Numbered from the stretch's first letter, positions 1 to 9,789 are shown. The stretch is 64,000 bases of DNA from Victivallales bacterium (GCA_045594005.1 JAZNXT010000057.1:3151-67150); one strand, 5' to 3'. Program-made: numbers and translations. The notes: generated by a model not told the origin, from the sequence alone.

Positions 1-646
1 AATCCGCCAGAGCCAATGCCATCGCCGTCAGCAATTTCACATCGCCCCAGCCGAGAACAGTTTTTCCCGTGATCCCCTTCCCCAGCATCGCCAATCCGGA
101 AAGAACGATCCCGGCAACAGCAGCCTGCCCCAAACGCAGCAGGACACCCGTCCAGTTCCCGGTCTGATATCCCTGCAATGCGATCACCGCCAATGCCGCA
201 CCGGTCAGTGTCAGCACGAATCCATCCGGCACGATCCGCCAATCGCAATCGGTGAATGCGGAAGCGATCAGCACGCTTGCCAGTACAAAATCCAGCAGCA
301 GCGTCAGCATATCCGCGTGCCCGCCTCCGGAACTGAGCCATACGCCGAAAAACACCACAGCTGTCAGCAGTTCCACCAGCGGATACCGTACAGAGATCCG
401 GTCATGACAGGAACTGCATTTTCCCCGTAGAAAGAGCCAGGCGAAGACAGGTATATTTTCGTAAAACGCTATCAAATGTCCGCATTTCGGACAATGGGAA
501 GGCGGTTTGAGCAGGCTCATTCCGTTTGGAACCCGCCAGATGCAGACATTGAGAAAACTGCCGATGCACGCACCGATCCACGTCCAGAATACCGCAAAAA
601 AGACCGGATATGCCTGCATTGCCGCAATGAACCGTTCCCAAAACAT
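1..646 (-). CDS. pilD: Prepilin (type IV) leader peptidase/N-methyltransferase, A24 family; C-terminus lies beyond the window edge
   Basis: Absent from the supplied ORF track because it is open to the window edge. My reverse-strand translation from ATG 646..644 reads MFWERFIAAMQAYPVFFAVFWTWIGACIGSFLNVCIWRVPNGMSLLKPPSHCPKCGHLIAFYENIPVFAWLFLRGKCSSCHDRISVRYPLVELL...AFTDCDWRIVPD...VLGWGDVKLLTAMALALAD, with no stop down to nt 1. The CPKC...CSSC knuckle and the two Asp boxes are PilD/GspO hallmarks. The start lies 1 nt after the nadE stop. Confidence 0.85.
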   Translation of the reverse strand, partial: MFWERFIAAMQAYPVFFAVFWTWIGACIGSFLNVCIWRVPNGMSLLKPPSHCPKCGHLIAFYENIPVFAWLFLRGKCSSCHDRISVRYPLVELLTAVVFFGVWLSSGGGHADMLTLLLDFVLASVLIASAFTDCDWRIVPDGFVLTLTGAALAVIALQGYQTGNWTGVLLRLGQAAVAGIVLSGLAMLGKGITGKTVLGWGDVKLLTAMALALAD

Positions 647-647
647 C

Positions 648-2273
648 TTATTCCGACTCCAGATCGTTCAGCCAGAGGGTCATTGCCGCATCCGAAGGCA
701 TCTGCCAGGATCCCCGTGGCGAAAGTGATACAGCCGTCACCTGCGGACCATCCGCACTGCAGGAGCGTTTGAACTGCTGGGTAAAAAAGCGGCGGAAAAA
801 CAATTTTACGGTCCGCGCGATCTCTTCCGGCGGATATTTCCCCTGAAATGCCGTCATTGCCTTTTCCCGGATCACAGAGGGCGATTCCTTTTTCACGATG
901 AAACGGTACAAATAAAAATCATGCAGTTCATACGAACCGAGGATCGTTTCCGTACTCTGAAGGATCTCACCATCGGCACCGGGCGGCAGAAGTTCCGGCG
1001 AAACGGGTGTATTCAAAACATCCGTCAGGACCTGTGCCAACGCGCCGCCGCAATGATCCGCATAATATTTCACGATCGTCCGGATCAGCGTTTTCGGTAC
1101 AGAGCAATTCACATTATACATGGAAATATGATCCGCGTTGTAGGTACACCATCCCAGCGCGATCTCCGAAAGATCCCCCGTGCCAAGGACCAACGCCCGT
1201 TCCCGGTTCGCCACATCCATCAGGATCTGGGTCCGTTCCCGCGCCTGAACATTCTCATAGGTCACATCCAGCACATTTTTATCGTGTCCGATATCTTCAA
1301 AATGCTGAAGACAGGCTTTGGTAATATCGATCTTCCGCAAGTCACAGCCGAGCAGTTCCGCCATTTTTTCAGAATTGGATTTTGTCCGCCCGGTCGTCCC
1401 GAATCCCGGCATAGTCACCGCAATAAGATTGGAGGCGGGCAGATCCATACTTTTCAGTGTTTCCGCCGCCACCAGCAATGCCAGCGTGGAATCCAATCCG
1501 CCGGACACCCCCAACACGATTTTTTCCGTACGGGAACAGCGCAGCCGCTGTGCAAGACCGGTCTGCTGGATCAGAAAAGCCTCTTCTTCATCCCCGGTGA
1601 GAAAAGGTACAGAGCAAAGTACATCCTCTTCCTTTTCAACATCCTGCAAAATATTTTCTGAATTTTCCGTATTCATTTCCGCCACGATGATCCGGCTTTC
1701 ACTGCAATACATCCGGTTTTCCGCAAGGAGTTTTCCATCCTGTACGATCAATGCCTGACCGCCATACACGGCATCCGTTGTGGATTCACCGATCCCCGCA
1801 CTCGCAAACACTGCCGTTGCGCCGCTCCGGAGGAACCGTTCCCGGATCTTCCGCGCCTGACCCGCCACAGCAGGGATCGCCGCAAGCACAATGGCAGGGG
1901 ATTTTTCACAGACGCATCCCCCCACAGAAAGGTGGAAGGCATCAACCTTTTCCCCGTTTCTGCAATAACGGATCCCGCCTTTGCAGATCACGGCGGCGCG
2001 ATCGGGAAACGCTCCCATAATCAGTGTCAAATCTGTATTTTTGAATGTTTCCGCGATGTGTTTCAACGCATTTTCTGCGGCATCCTGCAACAGAGAGTAT
2101 TGAAAAAGATCGCCGCAGGTGCTACCCGTAACTGCAAGATGAGGAAACACGATCAATTCTGCACCCGCTTCAAGTGCTTTTTCAGCACAGCGGATGATCT
2201 CCAGTGTATTAAAATCCACATCGGCAACTTTCAATGCCGGAACAGCGGAAGCGATCTTCAATATTTTTTTCAT
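648..2273 (-). CDS. nadE: NAD+ synthetase with an N-terminal C-N hydrolase-like domain that looks degenerate
   Basis: 541 aa. PP-loop GVSGGLDSTLALLVA, and a C-terminal NAD synthetase block (LVLGTGDLSEIALGWCTYNADHISMYNVNCSVPKTL). ATG at 2273. Confidence 0.9.
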   Translation of the reverse strand: MKKILKIASAVPALKVADVDFNTLEIIRCAEKALEAGAELIVFPHLAVTGSTCGDLFQYSLLQDAAENALKHIAETFKNTDLTLIMGAFPDRAAVICKGGIRYCRNGEKVDAFHLSVGGCVCEKSPAIVLAAIPAVAGQARKIRERFLRSGATAVFASAGIGESTTDAVYGGQALIVQDGKLLAENRMYCSESRIIVAEMNTENSENILQDVEKEEDVLCSVPFLTGDEEEAFLIQQTGLAQRLRCSRTEKIVLGVSGGLDSTLALLVAAETLKSMDLPASNLIAVTMPGFGTTGRTKSNSEKMAELLGCDLRKIDITKACLQHFEDIGHDKNVLDVTYENVQARERTQILMDVANRERALVLGTGDLSEIALGWCTYNADHISMYNVNCSVPKTLIRTIVKYYADHCGGALAQVLTDVLNTPVSPELLPPGADGEILQSTETILGSYELHDFYLYRFIVKKESPSVIREKAMTAFQGKYPPEEIARTVKLFFRRFFTQQFKRSCSADGPQVTAVSLSPRGSWQMPSDAAMTLWLNDLESE

Positions 2274-2293
2274 ACGGGAACTTCAACTTTCTG

Positions 2294-4288
2294 TTATTTT
2301 CTGCCGAACCTGCGTTCGATCTCGTTCAGAGATATATTCAAAACTGTGGGGCGTCCGTGAGGACAGGAGAACGGCAGTTCACATTCCGCCAGTTCCCGGA
2401 TGAGGGCATCACATTCTTCCAGCGTCAGGCGGTCATGCGCCTTGACAGCCGCTTTGCAGGCTGCCGTGGCGATCTGGTGCAGCTGAAGCTGCTGTGCCGA
2501 TCCGGACTCCAGAATTCTGTCCAGCATATCCAGAAAGATCCCGCCGGCATTATCCTGCGGCAACGCCGCGGGGATGGCATTGATCTTGACCGTATGATCG
2601 CCGAAGGGATCGATCTCAAATCCCGCATTTTCAAATTCACGGTGATTGCGCAGTACAAACTGCATATTGCTGCGGGAAAGTTCCAGCGTGATGGGCAGCA
2701 GCAATTTCTGAGAGAGAGATCCATCGGTGCGTTTCAGCAATTTTTCAAACAGCACCCGTTCGTGTGCGGCATGCTGGTCGATCAACACCAGACCATTGGC
2801 AATAACGCCGATGATGTAGGAATTTTCCATCACTCCCAGCAATTTGAGTTTATACGACCGGAAAATCAACTGGTCTTCCGTGATCTTTGCCGGAGGAAAA
2901 TCACGCGATTCCGGATCATTGAACGGCAGCACATCCGGCTGCTGAAGGACCTCCGGTGCGTGTTCCTGCTGCAGTTTCAGATAATTCACCTCCGGAGAAA
3001 TTTTCACCTCTTCCGTGTTCACTTCCTGATTCTGACGCCGGATCAGTTCGGACAATGTCTGCAATTCCGGGACCGCCTGCGCTGATCCCGCCACATGATA
3101 CTCCACAAGAGCCTGTTTCAGGATCAATTCCAGTTCGGAATATCCCTCCTCCCCTGCGGCACCGGGTCTGAAATCGGGATAAAGAGAATTGGCGATCCGG
3201 TCCCCGGGAACTTCTTTCGTACTGCCATCCTGTGCGATATAAACACGGTTTGCCGCAGGCTGATTCCCGCCTGCTGCCGAAGACTGGGGGATCACCTCGT
3301 CCGCCGCACGCAATGCCGCAGTCACCGCCGTTCTCACAGCGGCGACCAAACCGAAATCATCCCGGAAACGGACTTCCCGTTTTGCCGGATGCACATTCAC
3401 ATCCACCATTCCCGGTTCCATTTCCACAAACAGGATCGCGGCGGGATATTTTCCTTTTTCCAGAATGGGACCGTATCCCTCCCGGATCCCGCGGTAAATG
3501 GATAAAGATTCCACGGGTCTGCCGTTCACAAATGTGCGCTGTTCACTGCGGGTGTTCCGCAGTTGATCCCGCTTGGAAATATAGCCGTAAACACGGATGG
3601 AGGAATTCACCGAATTTACCGGGATCAGAATATCGGCAGTCCCTTTTCCGAATATTTCCCGGATCCGCGGCAGAAGATCGGCATTGCCCGGCGTGAGAAA
3701 AACAGTTCTGCCATCGGCTTTCAGCTCAAAAGTCACCTGCGGATTTGCCAATGCGATATTGGTGACACATTCCACGATATGATGTTCTTCCGTGGCTGTG
3801 GTCTTCAAAAATTTTTTTCTTGCGGGGATGTTGTAGAAAAGTTCCCGCACGCGTACTTCCGTGCCCGGCGCACAACCCACCGGATTGGATGCGATGGCTT
3901 TTCCGCCGTGGACCACCACTTCGTAGCCGCCGCTGTTTTCTTTTTTCCGGGTACGGATGGTCATTTTCGCCACAGATGCGATACTGGGGATCGCCTCGCC
4001 GCGGAACCCGAAACTCTGGATCGCAAAAATATCCTCCTCGTTCCGGATCTTGCTGGTGGCATGGGATTCAAAACACAAAAGTGCATCATCTTCATCCATG
4101 CCCGCACCGTTATCCAGCACGCTGATGGATTTTTTCCCGGCATCCTCCACCGCCACACTGACGCGTGTGGCTCCGGCATCCAAAGCATTTTCCAGCAGTT
4201 CCTTCACCACAGATGCAGGGCGTTCCACCACCTCACCGGCGGCAATACGGTTGCATACATTTTCCGGAAGAAGTTGGATCTGACTCAT
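2294..4288 (-). CDS. mutL: DNA mismatch repair protein MutL, endonuclease-type
   Basis: 664 aa. N-terminus LPENVCNRIAAGEVVERPASVVKELLENALDAG (GHKL ATPase). The C-terminus carries DQHAAHERVLFE, the DQHAxxExxxxE endonuclease motif. The start overlaps the upstream gene stop in an ATGA. Confidence 0.95.
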   Translation of the reverse strand: MSQIQLLPENVCNRIAAGEVVERPASVVKELLENALDAGATRVSVAVEDAGKKSISVLDNGAGMDEDDALLCFESHATSKIRNEEDIFAIQSFGFRGEAIPSIASVAKMTIRTRKKENSGGYEVVVHGGKAIASNPVGCAPGTEVRVRELFYNIPARKKFLKTTATEEHHIVECVTNIALANPQVTFELKADGRTVFLTPGNADLLPRIREIFGKGTADILIPVNSVNSSIRVYGYISKRDQLRNTRSEQRTFVNGRPVESLSIYRGIREGYGPILEKGKYPAAILFVEMEPGMVDVNVHPAKREVRFRDDFGLVAAVRTAVTAALRAADEVIPQSSAAGGNQPAANRVYIAQDGSTKEVPGDRIANSLYPDFRPGAAGEEGYSELELILKQALVEYHVAGSAQAVPELQTLSELIRRQNQEVNTEEVKISPEVNYLKLQQEHAPEVLQQPDVLPFNDPESRDFPPAKITEDQLIFRSYKLKLLGVMENSYIIGVIANGLVLIDQHAAHERVLFEKLLKRTDGSLSQKLLLPITLELSRSNMQFVLRNHREFENAGFEIDPFGDHTVKINAIPAALPQDNAGGIFLDMLDRILESGSAQQLQLHQIATAACKAAVKAHDRLTLEECDALIRELAECELPFSCPHGRPTVLNISLNEIERRFGRK

Positions 4289-4779
4289 TTTTTCTGCTCT
4301 CCGGTCTGTTTTTTCATTTCCCCGTGCGCCTTTTTCAATTCCGAATTCAAATACTGCTGTACCATCAAACGGTATCGTTCCGCATTCTTTACATATTGCA
4401 TCGCACGCTGCCGGTTCCCCAACGCGGCTTCCGCACGGGCAAGTTTCAAATTCAATTCAAACAACAGTACCGGCTGATCCTGACCTTCCAGCAGAAGTGC
4501 CGTTTTTTCAAAAGAGCGGAGCGCGGCGGCATATTTTTTCTGTCCCATGGCGTGAGATCCCTGTTTCATCAATTCAAAGACCTCATTCTGTCTGCGCCAA
4601 TTTTCCTGTTGAAGACGGATCTCCTCTTTTTCCGGATCGGATTTGAGCAGATTGAATACCGAAATCACCACCACGGTCATAATGATCCCGAAAACAAAAA
4701 TCACGATCATAGGCATGAGATCTCTGCCGGTCTTTTTCGCGGCAGCAAGATCAAGGGGAGCCTCTCCGTTCCCGCTCAT
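4285..4779 (-). CDS. Hypothetical single-pass membrane protein with a TPR-like C-terminal region
   Basis: The track ORF is 4285..4803. I prefer the ATG at 4779, which forms an ATGA overlap with the stop of the ABC ATPase. One hydrophobic helix (MPMIVIFVFGIIMTVVVISVF). No family recognised. Confidence 0.55.
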   Translation of the reverse strand: MSGNGEAPLDLAAAKKTGRDLMPMIVIFVFGIIMTVVVISVFNLLKSDPEKEEIRLQQENWRRQNEVFELMKQGSHAMGQKKYAAALRSFEKTALLLEGQDQPVLLFELNLKLARAEAALGNRQRAMQYVKNAERYRLMVQQYLNSELKKAHGEMKKQTGEQKK

Positions 4780-5807
4780 GGTGCCACCTTCGCAAAACGG
4801 CACGCAGCATAATGCGGCGGATCAGAGGCGATCTGCGTAAATTCGGGGACCCGGTCACGGCAAACGGCAAATTCCTCCTCCGTCAAATCCGCACCGACGG
4901 TACAGCGGTCGCAGAAACGGCACCCCGCAGGGAAATCTGCAGGTGACGGCACGATTCCGGGAATGGTCTGAAGTTTTTTATTTTTTTCTCCGAGGACCGG
5001 CACTGCGGCAAGCAATGCTTTTGTGTACGGATGCGCCGGATGAGCGATCAATTCCTGTGCCGCCCCTTCTTCCACGATCCTCCCGGCATACATCACTTCC
5101 ACGCGGTCGGCAAGTTCTGCCACGATCCCCAGATTGTGAGTCACCAGGATCACGCTCATATCCCGGTCCCGCCGTAATTTTCCCAGCAGTTCCAGGATCT
5201 GTGCCTGAATGGTCACATCCAATGCCGTGGTGGGTTCATCCGCCACAAGGATCGAAGGACGGCTCGCCAGTGCCATGGCGATCATCACACGCTGCTGCAT
5301 CCCGCCGGAAAGTTCGTGGGGATATTGCCGCACCCGTGTTTCCGGTTCCGGGATCCCCGCCTGACGGAGCAGTTCCACCGCTTCGGCAATGGGATCTTCG
5401 ATCTCCGGACAATGCAGTTCAATGGCTTCGGCGATCTGATCCCCCACACGGAATACGGGATTCAGACACATGGACGGTTCCTGAAAGATATAGGCGATCT
5501 CGCCGCCGCGGATCTTCCGCAGATCTTTCGGCGGCAGTTTCAGGATATCCACATCCCCCTGCTCCGTATGAAGGATGATCTCACCGGAAACGATCCGCGC
5601 GGCAGAAGGCAGAAGCCGTGCCAGAGAAAGACAACTGATGCTTTTTCCGCATCCGCTTTCCCCCACAAGGGACAAAAGTTCCCCCTTCTTCAGATGGAAG
5701 GAAACATCTGTCACCGTGGGTTGCCGGACACCGTCCGTAACAAATTCCACGCTGAGATTTTTCACTTCCAGCAAAATATTATCTTCTTCCGACCGGCTCT
5801 GCGCCAT
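4776..5807 (-). CDS. ABC transporter ATP-binding protein, oligopeptide/dipeptide (OppD/DppD) type, with no permease in the window
   Basis: 343 aa. Walker A GESGCGKS, signature [15 protein letters not shown], Walker [21 protein letters not shown], and a Cys-rich C-terminal extension (GCRFCDRC...VCRD...ACRF). Confidence 0.85.
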   Translation of the reverse strand: MAQSRSEEDNILLEVKNLSVEFVTDGVRQPTVTDVSFHLKKGELLSLVGESGCGKSISCLSLARLLPSAARIVSGEIILHTEQGDVDILKLPPKDLRKIRGGEIAYIFQEPSMCLNPVFRVGDQIAEAIELHCPEIEDPIAEAVELLRQAGIPEPETRVRQYPHELSGGMQQRVMIAMALASRPSILVADEPTTALDVTIQAQILELLGKLRRDRDMSVILVTHNLGIVAELADRVEVMYAGRIVEEGAAQELIAHPAHPYTKALLAAVPVLGEKNKKLQTIPGIVPSPADFPAGCRFCDRCTVGADLTEEEFAVCRDRVPEFTQIASDPPHYAACRFAKVAP

Positions 5808-5844
5808 GGATCATCCCCGCTGATATTTTTACGGCTGAAAATTG

Positions 5845-6063
5845 TCAGCCGCGTTCCACCACGATTTCAGGATCGATTTCTTTGCGCAGACAGCGTTCAA
5901 TGCCGTCTTTCAGCGTCATTTGAGCGTGGGGACAGGTTCCGCACGCGCCGCGGAGTTTCAGCGTCACGACTTTGTCAACGATGGAAACGATTTCCAGATC
6001 CCCGCCGTCTGCCTGCAGAAATGCGCGGAGTTCTTCCAATTTTTCTCTGATCTGTTCTTCCAT
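5845..6063 (-). CDS. NifU C-terminal-domain (Nfu-like) Fe-S cluster scaffold/carrier
   Basis: MEEQIREKLEELRAFLQADGGDLEIV...KLRGACGTCPHAQMTLKDGIE with a CxxC pair. The start was moved to ATG 6063, preceded by AAAGGA. The track start is 6126. Confidence 0.8.
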   Translation of the reverse strand: MEEQIREKLEELRAFLQADGGDLEIVSIVDKVVTLKLRGACGTCPHAQMTLKDGIERCLRKEIDPEIVVERG

Positions 6064-6182
6064 GACCGTTATCCTTTCTGTTCTATGTATGGTATGATTT
6101 TTCAGGTCTCTCCCGTAATCTACCACACGATCATGGATTTTTCAAGCCATTTTAATTAAAAAAGAAACAATTTCAAAAAACA

Positions 6183-7313
6183 TCAATATGTGTCGAGAGC
6201 ATTGGCAATGGCGTCTGTGAGTCTGCTCACGCCTTCAGGATCGTTCTGCGGCGAAAAGGAAATACGCAGGGCGGCAAATGCCTGTTTCCGGGTGACCCCC
6301 ATCCAGCGCAATGCAGCGGAAGGCTCTCCGGTTTCCGCTTCGCAGGCACTGCCGGAAGCGATACTGATCCCGAGAGAGGAAAGAGCGCGGACGATGATCG
6401 CGCCCTGATAGCAGTCCTTCAACAGCAAGTGTGCGATAAAGGGACTGGTTTCACGGGAGGAAACGGTCTTTGTGAAACGGTCTTTTATTTTTAAATTCAA
6501 TTCTCTGAAAAACTGTTCTTTCAACTGCTGTGCGGCAGTTATGCGTTCTGTACGATGCGCTTTCCAATTCTTCAGACATTCCGCAAGAGTCAACGCAAAA
6601 AACGGGTTCAATCTACCGTATTTATGTTCGCTTGTCCGGAGTTTCTGCAAGATCCGGAAATGCGCTTTCCGGCAGAGGACGGCTCCGCCGTTCAACACGC
6701 CGAGCTTCTGTCCGGAAACAGTAAAAAAATCCGGTTTGATCTTTTTAAAATCAAAAGGGATCTTTCCCGCACCCTGAATGGCATCTGCAAAAAGCATGGC
6801 ATCCGGTGCGTGTTCATCCAGCACGCGGCGCAGCGGCAGAAGATCCTGTACGATCCCGCTTTCCGGCTGAACAAAATGAACCGCCGCGATCCGGCAGTCC
6901 GGCGTGACTGCTGCCGCATAATCATTTTCTGTAATAAAACCTTCCCGGTCACAGGTGAAGATCTGTTCTGTCAGACCGGAATCATCCGCTGCCTTTTTCA
7001 CACTGGCGTGTTCTCCGCCGGAAAGGGCGATTTTCCCGGTATTTTTTCCTTTTTCCGCAAGGATCATACCCATGGCATCAAAGGAAGCGCGCACAGCATC
7101 GGTTCCGGTATTGACGAACCAGACGCGATATTCTCCGGCGGCATCACCGCAAAGGGAATCGAGTATCTCCTGTTCAGCCTGTGCCATGAGTTTTGCACCC
7201 GGAGAAGCCAATGCCTCCTGATTGCAGAACGATGCCGGCACGATCTGTGCAAGATATGCCGTCAACGCCGGATCCGGCTTCATTGCGGCGGCATTGTCAA
7301 AATAGAGTTCCAT
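6183..7313 (-). CDS. Class V aminotransferase / cysteine desulfurase-like protein
   Basis: 376 aa. The PLP-lysine region TVSGQKLG resembles SGHK of NifS/IscS. The C-terminal ASGSACEA candidate catalytic Cys loop is present. Confidence 0.75.
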   Translation of the reverse strand: MELYFDNAAAMKPDPALTAYLAQIVPASFCNQEALASPGAKLMAQAEQEILDSLCGDAAGEYRVWFVNTGTDAVRASFDAMGMILAEKGKNTGKIALSGGEHASVKKAADDSGLTEQIFTCDREGFITENDYAAAVTPDCRIAAVHFVQPESGIVQDLLPLRRVLDEHAPDAMLFADAIQGAGKIPFDFKKIKPDFFTVSGQKLGVLNGGAVLCRKAHFRILQKLRTSEHKYGRLNPFFALTLAECLKNWKAHRTERITAAQQLKEQFFRELNLKIKDRFTKTVSSRETSPFIAHLLLKDCYQGAIIVRALSSLGISIASGSACEAETGEPSAALRWMGVTRKQAFAALRISFSPQNDPEGVSRLTDAIANALDTY

Positions 7314-7324
7314 AGACAGTATTT

Positions 7325-8164
7325 TCAGCGGGTCTTTGTGTAATCGATCGCCGCACCTTTTGGCAATTCAAAATCGCTGTCCGGGATCGCCGGATCGATC
7401 AGGAATTCCTCCACGGTATATTCTTCAGAGAAATTTCCGGTGGTGGCGTGGATCTTTGTGGCGATCTGCACACCGTTGATCCAGCGGTATTCCGTGGGTT
7501 CGGAAGAAAAAAGATACTGCTGACCGTCGGCGGCATAATTCACAGTTTCGATCCGCACCGTCAGGAACGTATCGGCACTGATATATTTCACATAGGGCGC
7601 GAGCCGGGGATTTTCGTGACGGCACACCATACGGTACAGCCGTTTGCCATCCTCATAGACCACCGCCACTTCCACGGAATGGAATTCGGTCAGCACATCG
7701 GCTTTGGGATTGGAAAAACCGAGAAAAGATTTTGTCAGATCCGATTCGCGTTTTTTTGTGATCTCGTGCGCGGTCCCGTTGGCAGTGATCGACCACACTT
7801 TTCCGTCGCGGTAAAGCATGGTGCTGAAGGGTTCGCCGTTGCGGAAATAAGTCTGGCGCATCTGTTCTTTCTGCCGGAATTTGATTTCCTGCGTAAAATA
7901 ATTCTGTGTCCGGATCTTGCCGGAAAGCTGTTCCTGCCGGGTACTCTGGCGCATGATGTAGCTTTTGCAATCCCGCCATACGCGGTCGGGATCGGTGGCT
8001 TTGTTCATCTGTCCGATCAACTGAGCGGCGGACATATCGGACATTTCAACCGGTGTATTCAGGCGCAGGATCCGGTCGTAATCTTCCAGCATCAGCATCT
8101 GACACGCACTGAAAAACACCGTCATCATCAACGCGCCGCAGGCGAAACAAAATCTTTTCAGCAT
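7325..8164 (-). CDS. Lipoprotein, possibly LolA-like / outer-membrane lipoprotein-sorting fold
   Basis: Start moved to ATG 8164, preceded by GGAGA. Signal peptide plus lipobox MLKRFCFACGALMMTVFFSAC. The functional assignment is only an impression from overall sequence style. Confidence 0.6.
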   Translation of the reverse strand: MLKRFCFACGALMMTVFFSACQMLMLEDYDRILRLNTPVEMSDMSAAQLIGQMNKATDPDRVWRDCKSYIMRQSTRQEQLSGKIRTQNYFTQEIKFRQKEQMRQTYFRNGEPFSTMLYRDGKVWSITANGTAHEITKKRESDLTKSFLGFSNPKADVLTEFHSVEVAVVYEDGKRLYRMVCRHENPRLAPYVKYISADTFLTVRIETVNYAADGQQYLFSSEPTEYRWINGVQIATKIHATTGNFSEEYTVEEFLIDPAIPDSDFELPKGAAIDYTKTR

Positions 8165-8189
8165 AACCGTTCTCCGTATTCCATATTTT

Positions 8190-9653
8190 TTACACATTGA
8201 AATCGGCAGAAGTGATCTTCATGCCGGAATCGCTCCACTGCGCATGGAAAAATTCTCCGCGGGGTTTATCCACACGCTCGAACATGTGGGCTCCGAAATA
8301 ATCCCGCAACGCCTGAATCACATTGGCAGGAAGCCGTGCTGTACGGTAGGAATCGTAGTATGCCAGCGTGCTGGATGTGGCAGGTACGGCAACACCGTTG
8401 CAGATGGCTTTTGCCAACACTTCCCGCCAATCGTTGTTGGCGATCCCGATGCGGTTTTTGAAATAGGGTGCAAGCAGGATATTTTCCAGTTTCGGATCGG
8501 CTCTGTACGCATTGACGATCTCATCCAGAAAGGATGCGCGGATGATACAGCCGCCACGCCAGATCTCGGCGATCCGTGCGGGATCCAGTTTCCAGCCGAA
8601 TTCCTTGGATGCCGCAGTGATCAGGGCGAATCCCTGTGCGTAAGCACAAATCTTCGATGCGATGAGCGTATTGCGCAATTTGCTCAAAAATGCGGAGCGG
8701 TCTGTGCGCCGTTCCGTTTCCACACCGGGAAGTTGGGCATAGGCTTCCATGCGTTCATCTTTCAGGGAGGAAATGATACGGGCGAACACGGCTTCTGCGA
8801 TAGTGGGAGCAGCCACCCCCAGATCGAATGCAGCTTCGCTGGTCCATTTGCCCGTTCCTTTCTGACCGGCGGAATCCAAAATCACATCCACAAGATATTT
8901 TCCGGTGACGGGGTCTTTCTTTTTCAGGATCTCGCTGGTAATGGTGATCAGATAACTGGAAAGTTCGCCGCCCTTGCTCCAGTTGGCAAAAACATCACTC
9001 ATTTCGTCGGGCGACATCCGCAGGATATCCCGCATGAACGCATAGACTTCCGCGATCATCTGCATATCGGCATATTCGATCCCGTTATGGATCATTTTCA
9101 CAAAATGCCCTGCCCCGCCGGCACCGAGCCACGCACAGCAGGGTTCCTGATCGGGCCCCACTTTTGCGGAAATATCCGTGAGCATATCTTTCACATGTTC
9201 CCACGCGCGTTCGCTGCATCCTGCCATGATGGAAGGTCCGTGCAATGCGCCTTCTTCGCCGCCGGAAACACCCAGCCCCACAAAGCGGATACCGTCTTTC
9301 AGCAGATCATCCATTCTGCGCATGGTATCTTTGAAATAGCTGTTCCCGGCATCCATGATGATATCGCCCGGTTCCAGATGGGGACGGATGGTATTGATAA
9401 AATCGTCCACTGCTCTGCCGGCACGGATCGCCACCAGGATCTTGCGGGGGCGTTTCAGGAATCCGAGAAATTCGGGGATACTGCCGGTGGTGTGGATCTT
9501 TGTCCCTTTTCCGGGACCTTCCATAAAATCGTCCAGCCGTTCCGCAGTACGGTTGTAAAGAGCCACAGTGTAGCCTTTGGATTCAAAATTCAATGCCAGG
9601 TTCGCGCCGATCACGGCAAGACCCGCTATCCCGATATCCGCTTCTTCTTTCAT
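8190..9653 (-). CDS. gnd: 6-phosphogluconate dehydrogenase (decarboxylating)
   Basis: IGIAGLAVIGANLALNFESKGYTVALYNRT Rossmann N-terminus, with full-length similarity to Gnd. ATG 9653 is preferred over the GTG at 9662 used by the track. Confidence 0.93.
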   Translation of the reverse strand: MKEEADIGIAGLAVIGANLALNFESKGYTVALYNRTAERLDDFMEGPGKGTKIHTTGSIPEFLGFLKRPRKILVAIRAGRAVDDFINTIRPHLEPGDIIMDAGNSYFKDTMRRMDDLLKDGIRFVGLGVSGGEEGALHGPSIMAGCSERAWEHVKDMLTDISAKVGPDQEPCCAWLGAGGAGHFVKMIHNGIEYADMQMIAEVYAFMRDILRMSPDEMSDVFANWSKGGELSSYLITITSEILKKKDPVTGKYLVDVILDSAGQKGTGKWTSEAAFDLGVAAPTIAEAVFARIISSLKDERMEAYAQLPGVETERRTDRSAFLSKLRNTLIASKICAYAQGFALITAASKEFGWKLDPARIAEIWRGGCIIRASFLDEIVNAYRADPKLENILLAPYFKNRIGIANNDWREVLAKAICNGVAVPATSSTLAYYDSYRTARLPANVIQALRDYFGAHMFERVDKPRGEFFHAQWSDSGMKITSADFNV

Positions 9654-9696
9654 ATCTTTCACATTCTCCCGGTTGATGATGATTAACTTTCCGGGA

Positions 9697-9725
9697 AATA
9701 TAGCATTTTAAATGAAAAAATGCAA
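9697..9725 (-). promoter_or_regulatory. Sigma70-like promoter for gnd
   Basis: On the minus strand: TTGCAT (9725..9720), a 17-nt spacer, then TATATT (9702..9697), about 40 nt upstream of the gnd start. Confidence 0.45.
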
Positions 9726-9789
9726 ATGCCATACCGCAGTTTTTTCGGGGATTGTAGTTTTTTCAGGATGCTCTATTCCCGACATGGGG

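Noticed and set aside
402-772. Track ORFs at 402-641 (minus), 476-772 (plus) and 507-728 (plus).
   Set aside because: They overlap the well-supported pilD frame and the nadE 3' end in the wrong frames, and carry no motifs.
4776-5807. Interpreting the ABC ATPase next to nifS/nfu as SufC.
   Set aside because: The sequence has the Opp/Dpp-specific features: [21 protein letters not shown] and the C-terminal oligopeptide-transporter extension. No sufB or sufD genes are present.
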